Source: Lobosporangium transversale (lineage: Eukaryota). From it: DNA of 64,000 nucleotides. Shown here in pieces: positions 24,252 to 35,800 of this stretch; the first letter of the stretch is position 1; the number at the start of each line of letters is the position of its first letter. The translations under genes and the position numbers were made by a program. The stretch covers positions 806,001 through 870,000 of the forward strand of contig NW_019028982.1 of NCBI RefSeq assembly GCF_002105155.1. The letters run 5' to 3'. The notes beneath the pieces were generated by a model. That model was not told the DNA's origin, made no database searches, and saw only the letters and a program-made list of their open reading frames with translations.

Positions 24252-24908
24252 ATGGAAACTACCCCACAAGAAGCAAACATAACTAAAGCCGCCGACAGGC
24301 TTCTCGCCCCCGATGATAGCAACTCCGATTGCTACAGTGACCAAGAAGCGGAATTGAATGATTCTTGGGACTCAGATGTTATGGAGCAACAAATATCCAG
24401 CATGAAGGAAGACAGTGTCGAAAGAGAAAACACAGTGTCGCCAAGGGATCTAGAATCATCAGAGTTAGAATTGCCAGAGGATGTAGTAATGGCACTGAAG
24501 CTCGCCCCTGAACACCACAAAGTGTTTCTTCCGAATTTGAACAGTGTTCAAGAAGACAATGCGGTATTGCGACAGCATGTCATTACTCAAGATTGGGACA
24601 GTGGAAACACGCTAGACTTGTGGTCAGCGCAGACATCTGAAGGGTTTTGGCCATGGAAAGATGAGGTGTTCTTGTATATGGGTCTCATTCCTACAATAGC
24701 AGCGGCTACAATGGAGGTCCAAGACACAAAGTCACTCTCGGCGACAGTTGCGGCGACCATTGTGGTGATAAGATACTTTAAATCTATTGAAGGGAAGGAT
24801 GGCTTCTCATGGGAAGATTGCACGAGCCGAGCATCCAGCTGGTTGGCAGGACAAATAGAACCAAGCCAATTTGCAAGTCTTTTGGACCAAGCTGATGGTC
24901 TGTTTTGA
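24252..24908 (+). CDS. Array-2 paralog
   Basis: 218 aa ORF with an acidic N-terminus, the module NSVQEDNAVLRQH and the domain WSAQTSEGFWPWKDE...RASSWLAGQIEPSQ. Confidence 0.82.
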   Translation: METTPQEANITKAADRLLAPDDSNSDCYSDQEAELNDSWDSDVMEQQISSMKEDSVERENTVSPRDLESSELELPEDVVMALKLAPEHHKVFLPNLNSVQEDNAVLRQHVITQDWDSGNTLDLWSAQTSEGFWPWKDEVFLYMGLIPTIAAATMEVQDTKSLSATVAATIVVIRYFKSIEGKDGFSWEDCTSRASSWLAGQIEPSQFASLLDQADGLF

Positions 24909-25329
24909 CGATATTAAACATGAAATATAAAATAAAATGTTTATTGATTGCCAAAGGAGATCTCATCACCTGTGATAATTAGCACCAAAAAAGAGTGTAG
25001 CTATAGTTCCTTAGGCTATCATCTTTCCACATTCTTCTAGTCGTCGCTATACACTCCTTCGAACTGACACCTTTTTTATATATATGTACTCTTACCTTTC
25101 CAAAAAAAAGAAAAAAAAAAAAATGAGGATCAACAATTCAACTCACAAAAAGTATAGCTTAAGTTGTTGACAGGTTCTCAGCGCAATCACGCACTCCAAT
25201 GAATCACCATAGACTCGAACAGTATTCGCGGGAACAACGCTAAATTATGGCAGCACAGCAGTCCACATTTTAACAACCACCGTTACAGCATTTGAAATAT
25301 AATGATATGTAATTGCCTAATTCAGGCCT

Positions 25330-25561
25330 CATTCTTTATGGATCTCATCTCTACGGTAGTTACAGCTACAATAGTGACCAAGATACTGAATCGATCTCGG
25401 TGACGGTTGCTACGGTAGCAATAAGGCGCTCTAAATCTATTCCGAGGAAAGATGGCGGCCCATGGGACGTTTACACGAGTCGAGCGTCCAGCTGGTTGGC
25501 AGGACAAACAAAGCCAAGCCAACTTGCAAGTCTCTTGGACCAAGCCGGTGACCTGGTTTAA
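25330..25561 (+). pseudogene. Array-2 fragment
   Basis: Only the last part of the domain survives (QDTESISVTVAT...PWDVYTSRASSWLAGQTKPSQLASLLDQAGDLV*); upstream sequence is frameshifted. Confidence 0.75.
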
Positions 25562-26019
25562 CGATGGGATAAGGGAAAAGAGGTCAGCAATAATAAATAA
25601 TTAATAATTAGTAATAAATAATAAACAAAAGCAACATGCAATGATAAGGATGTCCAATAAAAATGAAAGACCCATGTTACAAAGTAAAACAGGATGATTC
25701 TGCGGTTATTTAAGCAAGAGGACGTGTTTTATCTGCATTCTTACCTCAGATCATTTTGATATTTATCGAGAACGCGCACTTTAGGGTATCGGCTTTTCAT
25801 CTCTTTATTATTGCTATTCAACACTTTTACTTTTCATTTTTTTTCTTCCTTTAGTAGAAATAAATATGTAAATGGGATGAGCAAATTCATAAGGTCACAG
25901 GTTTCTCAGCGCCAATAGCAGCGACCGCATCAATTAACATTTTAATAACCACCATTACAAAGCTCAAAGTGTAATAGCATGAAATTATCCAACTCAGTGC
26001 CTGCCCCAAACGGTGGTTA

Positions 26020-26381
26020 CGAACTCGAATATTGCGGCAGCATGTCATCCTTCAAGTTTATCAGGGCGGAAGCGCGCCAGTATTATTATTAATGCAAACA
26101 TATGAAGAGAAGGCTCTTAACTATGGAAAGATGAACTATTCTCGTGTATGGGTCTCGTTCTTACGATAGTTGCAGCTACAATAGAGGTCCAAGACACAAA
26201 ATCACTCTCGACGACAGTTGCTGCGACCGTAGTAGTGATAAGATACTCTGGATCTATTGCAGAGGAGGACGGCAATTCTCGGAGCTTCTACGCAAGTCGA
26301 ATGTTATATTGGTTGGCAGGGCAAATGGAGCCAAGTCAACTTGTGAGGCTCTTGAATCAAGCTGGTGACCTTTTTCAATGA
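26020..26381 (+). pseudogene. Array-2 fragment
   Basis: WKDELFSCMGLVLTIVAATIEVQDTKSLSTTVAAT...LLNQAGDLFQ*, with a frameshift and stop just upstream (~26105-26122). Confidence 0.75.
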
Positions 26382-26636
26382 TAGGAATTAAAAGTTTATC
26401 GACCGAGAAGGTCTGAATGACCTTTTTGGCAATTGTTAGGTTTGCTAATAGCGGTAGCTAAAAAAAACTATTTGGTGCCATGTGGCAATGCATTTTCCTT
26501 GACCAAAAGGCCTGTGCTTCTATTGGTATTGATGTCTCAAAAAACGCTCTAGCGTCATTTTCAATTTGTTATTTAAATATGTTTTTATTGCGCGCCATCA
26601 CCCAAGATTACTACTTTCTTGTTTTATCTCATCTTT

Positions 26637-26666
<30 letters not shown>

Positions 26667-26669
<3 letters not shown>

Positions 26670-27152
26670 AAGGCAACAACTGGAGATCAAACACTTTGTG
26701 TTGAGTCGGTTACCGAAAAAGACCAAAAAGTCCGAAATGTTGAACATTCGGAAGTGCCGATGGCAGAAATATTCAGAATGAGCAATATCATGGAACACAC
26801 CGTGGTACTCCAACAGCATACCAGTATTCAAGGTGACAGTACTGAGCAGATCAAAACGTTGTTGTCGATGCAAACATTTGAAGGGTCTTGGCTATGGGAA
26901 GACGAATTACTCTCGTCCCTTGGTCTCATCTGTGACATCGTAGCACAAACGATGGAGGTTCAGGACACAAAGTCGTTGTCAGGAACACTTGCAGCAACTG
27001 CATTGACTATAAAGTATTTTAATATATATTTGAAGGCAGACATGGATGTTTGGAAGTTGGAAGTCGAAAAGGCGAGAGCTTGGATAGATAGACAAGTAGG
27101 GCAAGTTAGACTAGCAGAACTTTTGAGCCAAGCTGAGGAGCTAATTGCTTAA
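26667..27152 (+). CDS. Array-2 paralog, closest to the canonical VWA5A C-terminal pattern
   Basis: ATG at 26667 after an A-run; LLSMQTFEGSW...LAATALTIKYF...DVWKLEVEKARAWI. Confidence 0.82.
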
Positions 27153-27469
27153 GAAAGAAATAAACGATGTCTTTTTTCGTGACAGTGTGAGGGAAAAAAA
27201 GCCCGACATTGCAACAATACCTGAGCCCCCGATTTGGCTCCAGTTATGACAGCAGCCAAAATATGGCGGCACAGAATAGCCGTCGAAACGCAGCTATCAA
27301 TAGAGCTCCGGTAAACACAGGAACTTCAGATGATGTAGGATGGATTGAAATATTATTGGTGTTGCTATACGGCCACATTTCTCTACTCGAGTAAGACTCG
27401 ACAATCAAATACAAAGAAATATCTCAGTCAGCCGTGGCTAATGCAAACAGAGTTAAAGAAGACAGTGCG

Positions 27470-27800
27470 TTCGATGTTGCGACAGCACATTGGCCAGTTT
27501 GATGAAAGTATGTTAGCCCTACTATTAATGCAGACGCTTGTGAGGCCTTATTTATGGAAAGATGAACTACTGGCGTGTATGGACCTCATTCCTTCGAGAG
27601 TTGCAGCTACAATCGAAGTCCAAGATAGAAAATCACTCTCGGAAATGATTGAAGCAACTGCAGTAGCGGTAGGGTAAGCTGAATATAGTATGAAGGGAGA
27701 TGGCAACCAGAATGCTTTTAGTAAAGTGCATCCCGCTGGCTAAGAGGGTAAACACAGTCAAATCAGCTTGCGGACCTCTTGAGCCAAGCCGGTGTATTCT
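27470..27800 (+). pseudogene. Array-2 degenerate copy
   Basis: MLRQHI...LMQTL...WKDELLACMDLIP..VAATIEVQDRKSLS followed by a stop at 27675-27677; remnants of the last helix extend to ~27800. Confidence 0.7.
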
Positions 27801-28650
27801 TTTATTGACGACGAATTTTTTTCCGATTTTAAAGGAACGTGCGTCTGCTTTCCCCACGTGCACACAAAGCAAGAACCCATCCCAGAACCCTTGTTAGTAT
27901 CACTATGTGTTTATATCATGACCAGAGTGAGCCAGTCAGAGAGACATTCGAGTAAGTGATCAAAAATCAGGCGAGGATATAGAGTCAAGAAAGTATAAAC
28001 TTGGAAGAAAGTGAATTTATTTGAAGAGAGAAATGCCGCATGTTTAAAATGATTAACAAGTTCTTCCATAAAGTTGTTAAGCGGATCGTGTGAACGATAA
28101 ATACATTTTTATTCCTGTGTTTAAACATTGGCACAAAATACGTTCCGTCCTTCCTTTCATGTTGCCATCTTTATGACTTTATTTCCCACCTCGATCTGTT
28201 TTTTTTTTTTTTTTTTTTTTTTTTTTGGACCCATTTGATCAAAAAGAAAAAAGGAGCTATACGGCTATATGCGACAATAATGATTTGTGCCTAATTCGAT
28301 CCATCAACTTGTCAATGCAAACAACTAAGGGCTGTAGCCAATGCAAACAGCTGAGGGCTGCAGCTAATGCCCTGACTATTTGCGTCTGATGGAATCTAGA
28401 CCATCTATAGTATACCAGCCGTTGAGTAAGCAAAAAAAAAAAAAAAAAAAAAAAGGGGGGAAAGAAAATCACGGCCCTGAACTCTCTGTTTCCGTTTACT
28501 CTTCTCTTCTCTTCATTCTGCTCTTTTTGTCATTTCGTCCCCCAGGCAAATACCGATCGATTATTGTACACACATATACTAGCTGGTCATCTATTTAATT
28601 TCCTACTCTTCAAAAAAAAAAAAAAAAAAAATCAAACCAGTTATCCCTTC

Positions 28651-29421
28651 ATGACACGGAAAAGTAGGCTGAGAGGAAATCCGAATTTTAGCCGGCCCAT
28701 ACCAAAGACGGGTGCCTCGGATATAAGCAACACCGACGCGAAAAAGATCGTGCGAAGGCTACCTGGCTCGAGTATTAAAAATAATAACAGTATTAAAGAA
28801 GATGATGTGATATTGAGGCAACATCTCAGTTCTCAGTTTGACCACAGCAACCACAGCAACCACAGCAACCACAGCAACCACAGCAACCACAGCACTCAAG
28901 GAGTGAAAGTATACATTAGTCCTAGAGACACTGATGTTTATCGCCCTCAAGTAGGGAAGGGGGGCACACTTATGGGCAATACTCCAAAAGGTAATGCGAT
29001 ATCGCAGCAGCACATCTACCCGCAACCTGACAACGGTCATAATAACAGCCATGACGTCAGAACCATAGGTGTGAATAATGCTCAGGAAGCCAATGATACC
29101 TCTCGGGTTTACCAAGGTGGAAGCGAGTCTGTCTTGTCAATGCAGGGACCTGAAGGGTCTTGGCCGTGGAAGGATGAGCTATTCTCGTGTATGGGTCTTA
29201 TCCCTACGGCGGTCGCAGCTACGATGGAAATCCAAGATACTAAATCGCTCTCAGCCACAGTTGCTGCAACAGCTGTCGTGATAAGGTACTTTAAATCCAT
29301 CGCGGGGGAAGATGACAACCCATGGGACGCTTACACTAGTCAAGCGTCCTATTGGCTGGCAGAGCAAACAGAGCCAAGCCAACTAGCGAGCTTCTTGGAT
29401 CAAGCCGATGACCTGTTTTAA
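28651..29421 (+). CDS. Array-2 paralog with (HSN)n microsatellite
   Basis: ATG at 28651; module NSIKEDDVILRQH; accacagca tandem repeat at ~28841-28894; intact C-terminal domain LSMQGPEGSWPW...QASYWLAEQTEPSQ. Confidence 0.82.
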   Translation: MTRKSRLRGNPNFSRPIPKTGASDISNTDAKKIVRRLPGSSIKNNNSIKEDDVILRQHLSSQFDHSNHSNHSNHSNHSNHSTQGVKVYISPRDTDVYRPQVGKGGTLMGNTPKGNAISQQHIYPQPDNGHNNSHDVRTIGVNNAQEANDTSRVYQGGSESVLSMQGPEGSWPWKDELFSCMGLIPTAVAATMEIQDTKSLSATVAATAVVIRYFKSIAGEDDNPWDAYTSQASYWLAEQTEPSQLASFLDQADDLF

Positions 29422-30567
29422 TGAATATAAAATAGGGTATTCTTACGGTATGGTATGTTCTACTGACTATAATACTAATAGAAAAGAGTTTGACACCACG
29501 TGTCTGTGAACCGTCTTTGAATAAACAATCAATGGCTCCATCTGTTAAAAGTCCCTCAACCCCCTCATTTTTTTTTCTCATTTCCTTTTTAAGCTAAGAA
29601 CCAACGAGATTGAGTAGCTTATAGGCATCATGTTCACCAAGGCACATGCAATTGTGGTCCGTATGGCCTTTGATGCAAAAGTAATGGAAGACTGCCGTAT
29701 AGGAGGACAATGTACTCGAGAGTGTTAATGGTCAATGGGTAATAATCATATAAATGGCCATAACCGAAAGAGCGTTGATGGAGCAGTAGCAATCCTGGTA
29801 ATGGTGGTATAAGATGAGGACTATAATGATAGACCTGTCTATACAAGATAAATTGGTATTAGTCATAGTCATGCAAATGAAAGCTCGATATTTCCTTGTG
29901 CTTTGGTAAGTTGCAATGACTGTATATGAACGCTGTCGAGTCAAACGCTTGATGAGCCGTGATTATTGAAAGCAGAACTATTTTTAAAGCCTTGCTTGTT
30001 TTTGAGGCAGTAAGAGAGGGTGGGTGCCTAAGATGCCTCATCAACCTCGAGGAAGCTTTCAGCAATCGAATTGATGATCCAATATTTTGAGATAGCACTG
30101 AATATTACTGGGAAACAAAACGTCATGAAGGCAATAGTTAGAAAGAGCAAAAAGGCTAACAGGATTCATGGGCTTTACCCATGACACGATCGAGAAAAAG
30201 CAATTAGTTTTCAGAGAGAAAAGGATGTAAACTTTTTTTTTTTGAAACAATTGAGAGTAGAGATATATTACGATCCGACGATCAGTTTGTTCCGCATATA
30301 CCATTGCTGTCAATTTGGCAGATTAGATGGTAATGACAGCTTGGCTCAGCACAATTTCCCACCTTGTTTGCACACCCCCCAGCTGGAATATAAAGCCCAT
30401 GGCATGTCCTTTCCCCTCCCCCTTTTTTTTTTTTACGATATTTCCACAATCCTATCATAGGCTTTTCCTAAAGTCCTTTCATACCTTCTTTTTTTTTAAA
30501 AATATAAAAATCACACCGGATACTGAGGCTTTTGAGTGGACACTGAACAACGAGACCCCGCCGGATC

Positions 30568-31030
30568 ATGCTGATTGAACCCATTGCGTCAGTCATCAGA
30601 AAAAATGGCAAGGCTTTGGAAGCACAGGAACATGGAGATGAAAAGGAAAAGGAGGTGGAGGTGGAGGAGAAGGTATCTATGCTGGAAAGATCTATGGGGA
30701 ACATTAGATCTACAACCATAAGCAACAAGAAGGGTGATCCAATATTTTGTGAGCATGTTATGGTTACACTCATCCCTGGCTGCCTTGTCCATTCCTCGTT
30801 GGTATATGCAACTGATGACTTGCGACCATGGAAACGCGAGCTCTCATCATGCCGTGAGTTGCTTTCTGAGGTAGAACCAAGGTCGATAGAGGTTCAAGAT
30901 ATCCCGTCAATATCGGGAACACAATCGGTAATAGCCTTAGTGGTTTAATGTCTGGAGATTAGGATAAAGAGAGATGGCTACTTCGGGAGCTGGATATCAA
31001 CAAAGCAAGGTCATGGATGACGGCATAGGG
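30568..31030 (+). pseudogene. Array-2 highly degenerate copy
   Basis: RPWKRELSSCRELL...IEVQDIPSISGT..VIALVV*, followed by a WELDINKARSW-like remnant (gggagctggatatcaacaaagcaaggtcatgg). Confidence 0.6.
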
Positions 31031-32746
31031 GGAGGGGACAAGTTAAACAAAAGGATGTGATTTCTTCATTTTGGGCTGTGTGCGCGTGAAGATCACCACT
31101 GTTACACAAGAGGACAAGCAGCAGAAATTAGTGGTTCCGCGGACAAAAATAAATTGATCAAGGGGAACTTTTTTTTCTACCGTCCAGAACTGAAGAAACT
31201 TTATTCATGTTCAGTGGCCTTCCAATGACTGTCTGGATAGGATTTCCTATTCAATTACAGTTGTAGACTTCATGTTTTTACCTCGATTTAAGAAATGAAG
31301 ATTGAAGGATGTGGTTCTAAAATTGTTTAGTTTAGTTTTTTTAAACTGCCTGGGTGGCTCAATTCAGCTGGATTCTAAAAAATACTGAAAGTCATTGGGA
31401 GGACTCAGCACATGAATTTTTCAAAAGGCCAGCATGGGAAGGAAAGACAAAAATAACTGGTAACTTTGATTAAGAGGCTCGTAATCTATAGCCTCGAACA
31501 GAGGAAATAGGGCGTTTACAATGTGGAGATGGAATTGAAAAGAGGAACCGAGAAGTGATCGAGGGCTATTTGCATGCAAATGTCTTTTTTTTATTTTGAA
31601 ACAACAAAACAAAAATCAATAAATCTAAATGTCACCCGTTTTTATTACCCCCTATGTCACCTGTTTGATAAAAGTATTTTTTACTTTTTTGGAATCTTCC
31701 TTTTATATAAAAATCGTGCCTTTTGAAAGCGCTGTAGAGACTGCCGGGAACAAATTGTGCGACAATGACAAGGACTTTCATTCATTAGAAGATGCAGAAG
31801 ATTGAGGCACCCACTATGGTGAGGAGAGGGCATATATATCACGGGTACAAATAATGATGTTTAAGTGAAATAGAAATGATAAAAAGGCGGTAATGGTGTT
31901 GTGGCTGGTCATTAATAGTTATTTTAATTTCAGGTTATTTTGTATCTACTAATCGGGACATCCTGTCGAACTACAGCTATAAGAATCTTTGCGCAAGTCC
32001 ACCTCACTTAGATAGCACCACAGTCAGGCCTGTAGGCTAGGTTATAAAAGCCAAAGAAACGGACTAAGGAAAAATGCAACCCCCCTCAGAATAAAATTTT
32101 AACCTCCGGCTGAGAATTCCCAAAAGTCCCCCCGTCAACATCCCTCTTTTCGGAATTCTTACCCCCCCCCCGTCACCCGCACAATTCTTATCCCCTCCGT
32201 CAACATTCTGGAGCTGATTTACAAAAAAAAATAAAATATAATAAAATAAAAAGAGCCCTACTACTCTTTGTCCTGTATCTTTTGCCCCTTAAGCAAAGAT
32301 ACTCTATTACTTAAAACACTTTTTTTTTTTTTTTTAATTTTGTTATTGCTATCGCTATTAAAGTCAAAAACGTTTCAAATGGAGCTACTACGGGAGCTAT
32401 TATGGGGACCTAATAATAAAAACCATGAAAACCACGAGCCATGAGCGTGAAGAAAATAAGAACTCCAAAAACTTGTTTGGTTTTTTTCTCGGATGCGAGA
32501 TGAAACAATTAATGATGATCACTAAGCAATAAGAGGGTCGTTGACAAAGTTCTCGCATTATGATCTGGAAGTGCTACAAAGGACGCACTATCCTCATTAT
32601 CAGAGTAGCCATGGGACATATGTGTGACCTCTTTTTATTCCTTCTGACCGAGAAAAAACTAAAAATAAAATAAATAAAATCTAGCGTTCGCTCTGATCTA
32701 CTCTCTATCTAGTAACGAGTGAAAAGAAAAGGGAGGTGTGGGAGGG

Positions 32747-32837
32747 ACATATGTCCCATGGCTACTCTGATAATGAGGATAGTGCGTCCTTTGTAGCACT
32801 TCCAGATCATTATCCTCGTAGCCATGGTCCATATGTG
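32747..32837 (-). repeat. DIRS internal complementary region (ICR)
   Basis: The first part is the exact reverse complement of ~32560-32622 and the second part is the reverse complement of ~36739-36768; the two parts join at TCAT. Confidence 0.95.
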
Positions 32838-32840
32838 ACT

Positions 32841-35800
32841 TCAGAGCGAACCAAAAACAGACGTCGTCAAATTTGAATTGGTTTTGCGGGAAACACGGTA
32901 GTGTTTGTTGAAAACCTTGTCAGACGACCAATTCCCTTGAACCATGATATCTTGGGTTGATACGCCAGCGATGGCTGCCAAGGTTGATCCTATAGCGCGT
33001 GGCTTTGGAGGAGGCCGTTTCGACGGAAGATTTGGAATTCGACGTGTGATTTCATTCATAAAAGTGCCTATGGTACTGACCCTAAGGACTTTAGACTTGT
33101 CTTTCACAAAGCGCATAAGAGGATTGAATTTATAATCCTGATCTTTGTGGTGCTCGATTTCGAGAGGTGTGTCCGCTATCCGTCTGGTGTATTCTGTATA
33201 GGCCTCGACTGGGCAAATTTTCTTGTCGTTAGGGTGTCTACCTACGAAGATCGACTTTATGATGCGCTGCCCATCGCGTCGCTCCTTAGGGAAGACTATG
33301 GTAAGGAGAAGACCCTTTTCATTGGTCTCTGACTTTGACACATCGATGCAACCGATATCATCTGGCCGGAGAAACGCACAAACGCCTAAGAGCCAGCAGA
33401 GCTTGCGAGAGAGCTTAGGCATATCAAGATCCACATTGTCCTCCATGCGGAAGTATGAAAGGATGGGTGAAATGTCGAGTGCGGATACGTGCTCCATTTG
33501 AAATACGCCAGTACTTTTCATTGCTGCCATGAACCGCTGAAAGTAGATATTGCCTGTGATCACGGATGTGTCGTCGTAAAGCTTTAAGATGGCTGATTTT
33601 TTGTTAAGAGTGGTATTCCTACTCCAAGAATAGATAATCCGCGCATGGCATAAATAGTTAACTACAGCAATTGCATTTGGCGTACTAGGGTCGAAGCCTT
33701 CTTGTTGAGCCCATACTGCGAAAGCCTCTTGAGTTGGCAGATATTGTCGACGTGTTTTGCTGTTGGCACCTGCTGAATCTAGTAGAGTGATAGCGGATGG
33801 TGAGAGTCCTGCATCTAGATCTTTACGTCGCCTCTTATTCTCCATGCTGTCAATGACCAGAGTGGATTCTTGCTGAGGAGATCGCTTGCGCTTCCGACGG
33901 CTGGTAGGACTGCTTCCCGAGGGATCGGGATTGGTGGTGCTACTGCCATCTCCTTGATGGTTGGGAACCATATTGCACTCGGCCACCATGGGGTTATTAC
34001 TGTTGCTGTCAGTTTCTGGGTCTGTATCCTCTCCAAGATGATTGATAGAAGATTCCATGGGGGGCAAATGTAAAGGTTGCCCATCTCTGTCCAGTTGTGT
34101 TGAAGGGCGTCTATCTTCAGAGCAGCTGGATGGAATTTCCATGAGACAAATGTCGGTAGCTGTTTGTTCTGTGCCGACGCAAATAGGTCCACCTGATGTG
34201 GCCCCCATTGGTGTTCCAGTTGTTGAAAGAATGGGCGACTGATCCTCCATTCCAATTGCGATATCATTCGCCGTGACGGTGCATCCGCTGGGTTGAATGC
34301 AGATGGGATGTATGTCGTCCGAAGTCGAGTCCCCGTTGCTAGGCAGTGACGCCATAACGTGTCCGCTAGTCTCATTAGTTCCGGAGACCTCGTCCCTCCG
34401 AACCTGTTGATGTGTGCAATCGTTGTCGTGTTGTCGCATATGATGTTGATCATTTTGCCCTGTGTTATTGGTAGTTGAACAGCTCGAAGAACTGTCTGTA
34501 GTTCCTTCCAGTTGATGTGGTGGTCTTTCTCTTGTGGAGTCCATTTGCCACTCCATGTTTGATTGTTGATCACGATCCCCCATCCGGTGTCCGATGCATC
34601 CGTGTATATGTCCATTTGTGTCTGTTGTTGAATCCATGACAGACCATTCCATGACGTCAATTGCTCCTTCCACCATTGAAGGTTCTCCTTGGCTGGTTCC
34701 GTGAGGGTGACCGTGTCCGACCAAGAAGCTCCCTTGGCTTTTAGTGCTGTGTTCTTGAGGTGAAGCAGATTCCGTGTCATGAATCGCGCTGGGAACACTG
34801 CCATAGATGTTGCCATTGCTTTCCCGACGAACGAAGAAAGTTCCCTTAAAGAAGTGGCGCCTTTTCGTAGTAGCTTTCCTGCCTCGCGCCGTATGTCCCT
34901 GACTTTGGATTTCGGAACTGTGACAGTCATATCCCGGGAGTTGATGGTGAAGCCTAAATGGTCTATTTTCTGTGACGGGATCAACGTAGACTTGGCTTCC
35001 TTGATGAGGAATCCTAGCGCTGCCAACTTGTCTTGCACTAGTTGAGTGAACTGGATTGATTGTTCTTTGTTCTTGGCTAGGATTATCAAATCGTCTAGGT
35101 ACGCTGATATGCGAATTCCTCGTCGTCGTGCCCATTTGAGGAAAGGCTTGAGAACTTTGGTGAACACTAGCGGAGAGAGTGAGAGCCCGAAGGGAAGTGT
35201 ACGGAATTGAAATTTCCGGTTCTTCCATTGGAACTGTAGATAATGACGATAATCTGGATGGATTAGTACGTGAAGAAATGCGTCTGATAGGTCGATGCTT
35301 GTCATAAAGTCGTTCTTCTGTAACATTGCGCATACTGTCGTCATCGTCTCCATTTTGAAGTGCCGCTCTGAGACGTAGGCATTCAACGGTCTTAGATTTA
35401 AGACTGGACGAATGTCCCCGGTTTTCTTGGGGATAGTGAATATTCGGCTCTTGAAACCAGGGCCCGAAGCGACCTCTATTGCTCTTTTGGCTAAGAGTGC
35501 GATTACCTCTTGATCGATCGCCTTCTCTTCCTCCGCTGCTACTCGAGCTTGGTACGCTGTTGAACTGGATATCGGTGGCCGTTTGTGGAAAGGGATTTTG
35601 AATCCCTCGGAGACGACCGACTTGACCCATTCGTTGTCGGTTATGAGAGCCCATGCTTCTCTGTAAATCTGTAAACGGCCACCTACTGCTGGCCTGCAGT
35701 CTGTGCCTGACTTGTCTGGTTGGATTGAGGGGTTTGGTAGCCTCGGCCTCGGCCTCGTCCCCCTCTCCTTGGATTTTGGCCTCGCCCAAAAAAAGAACCA

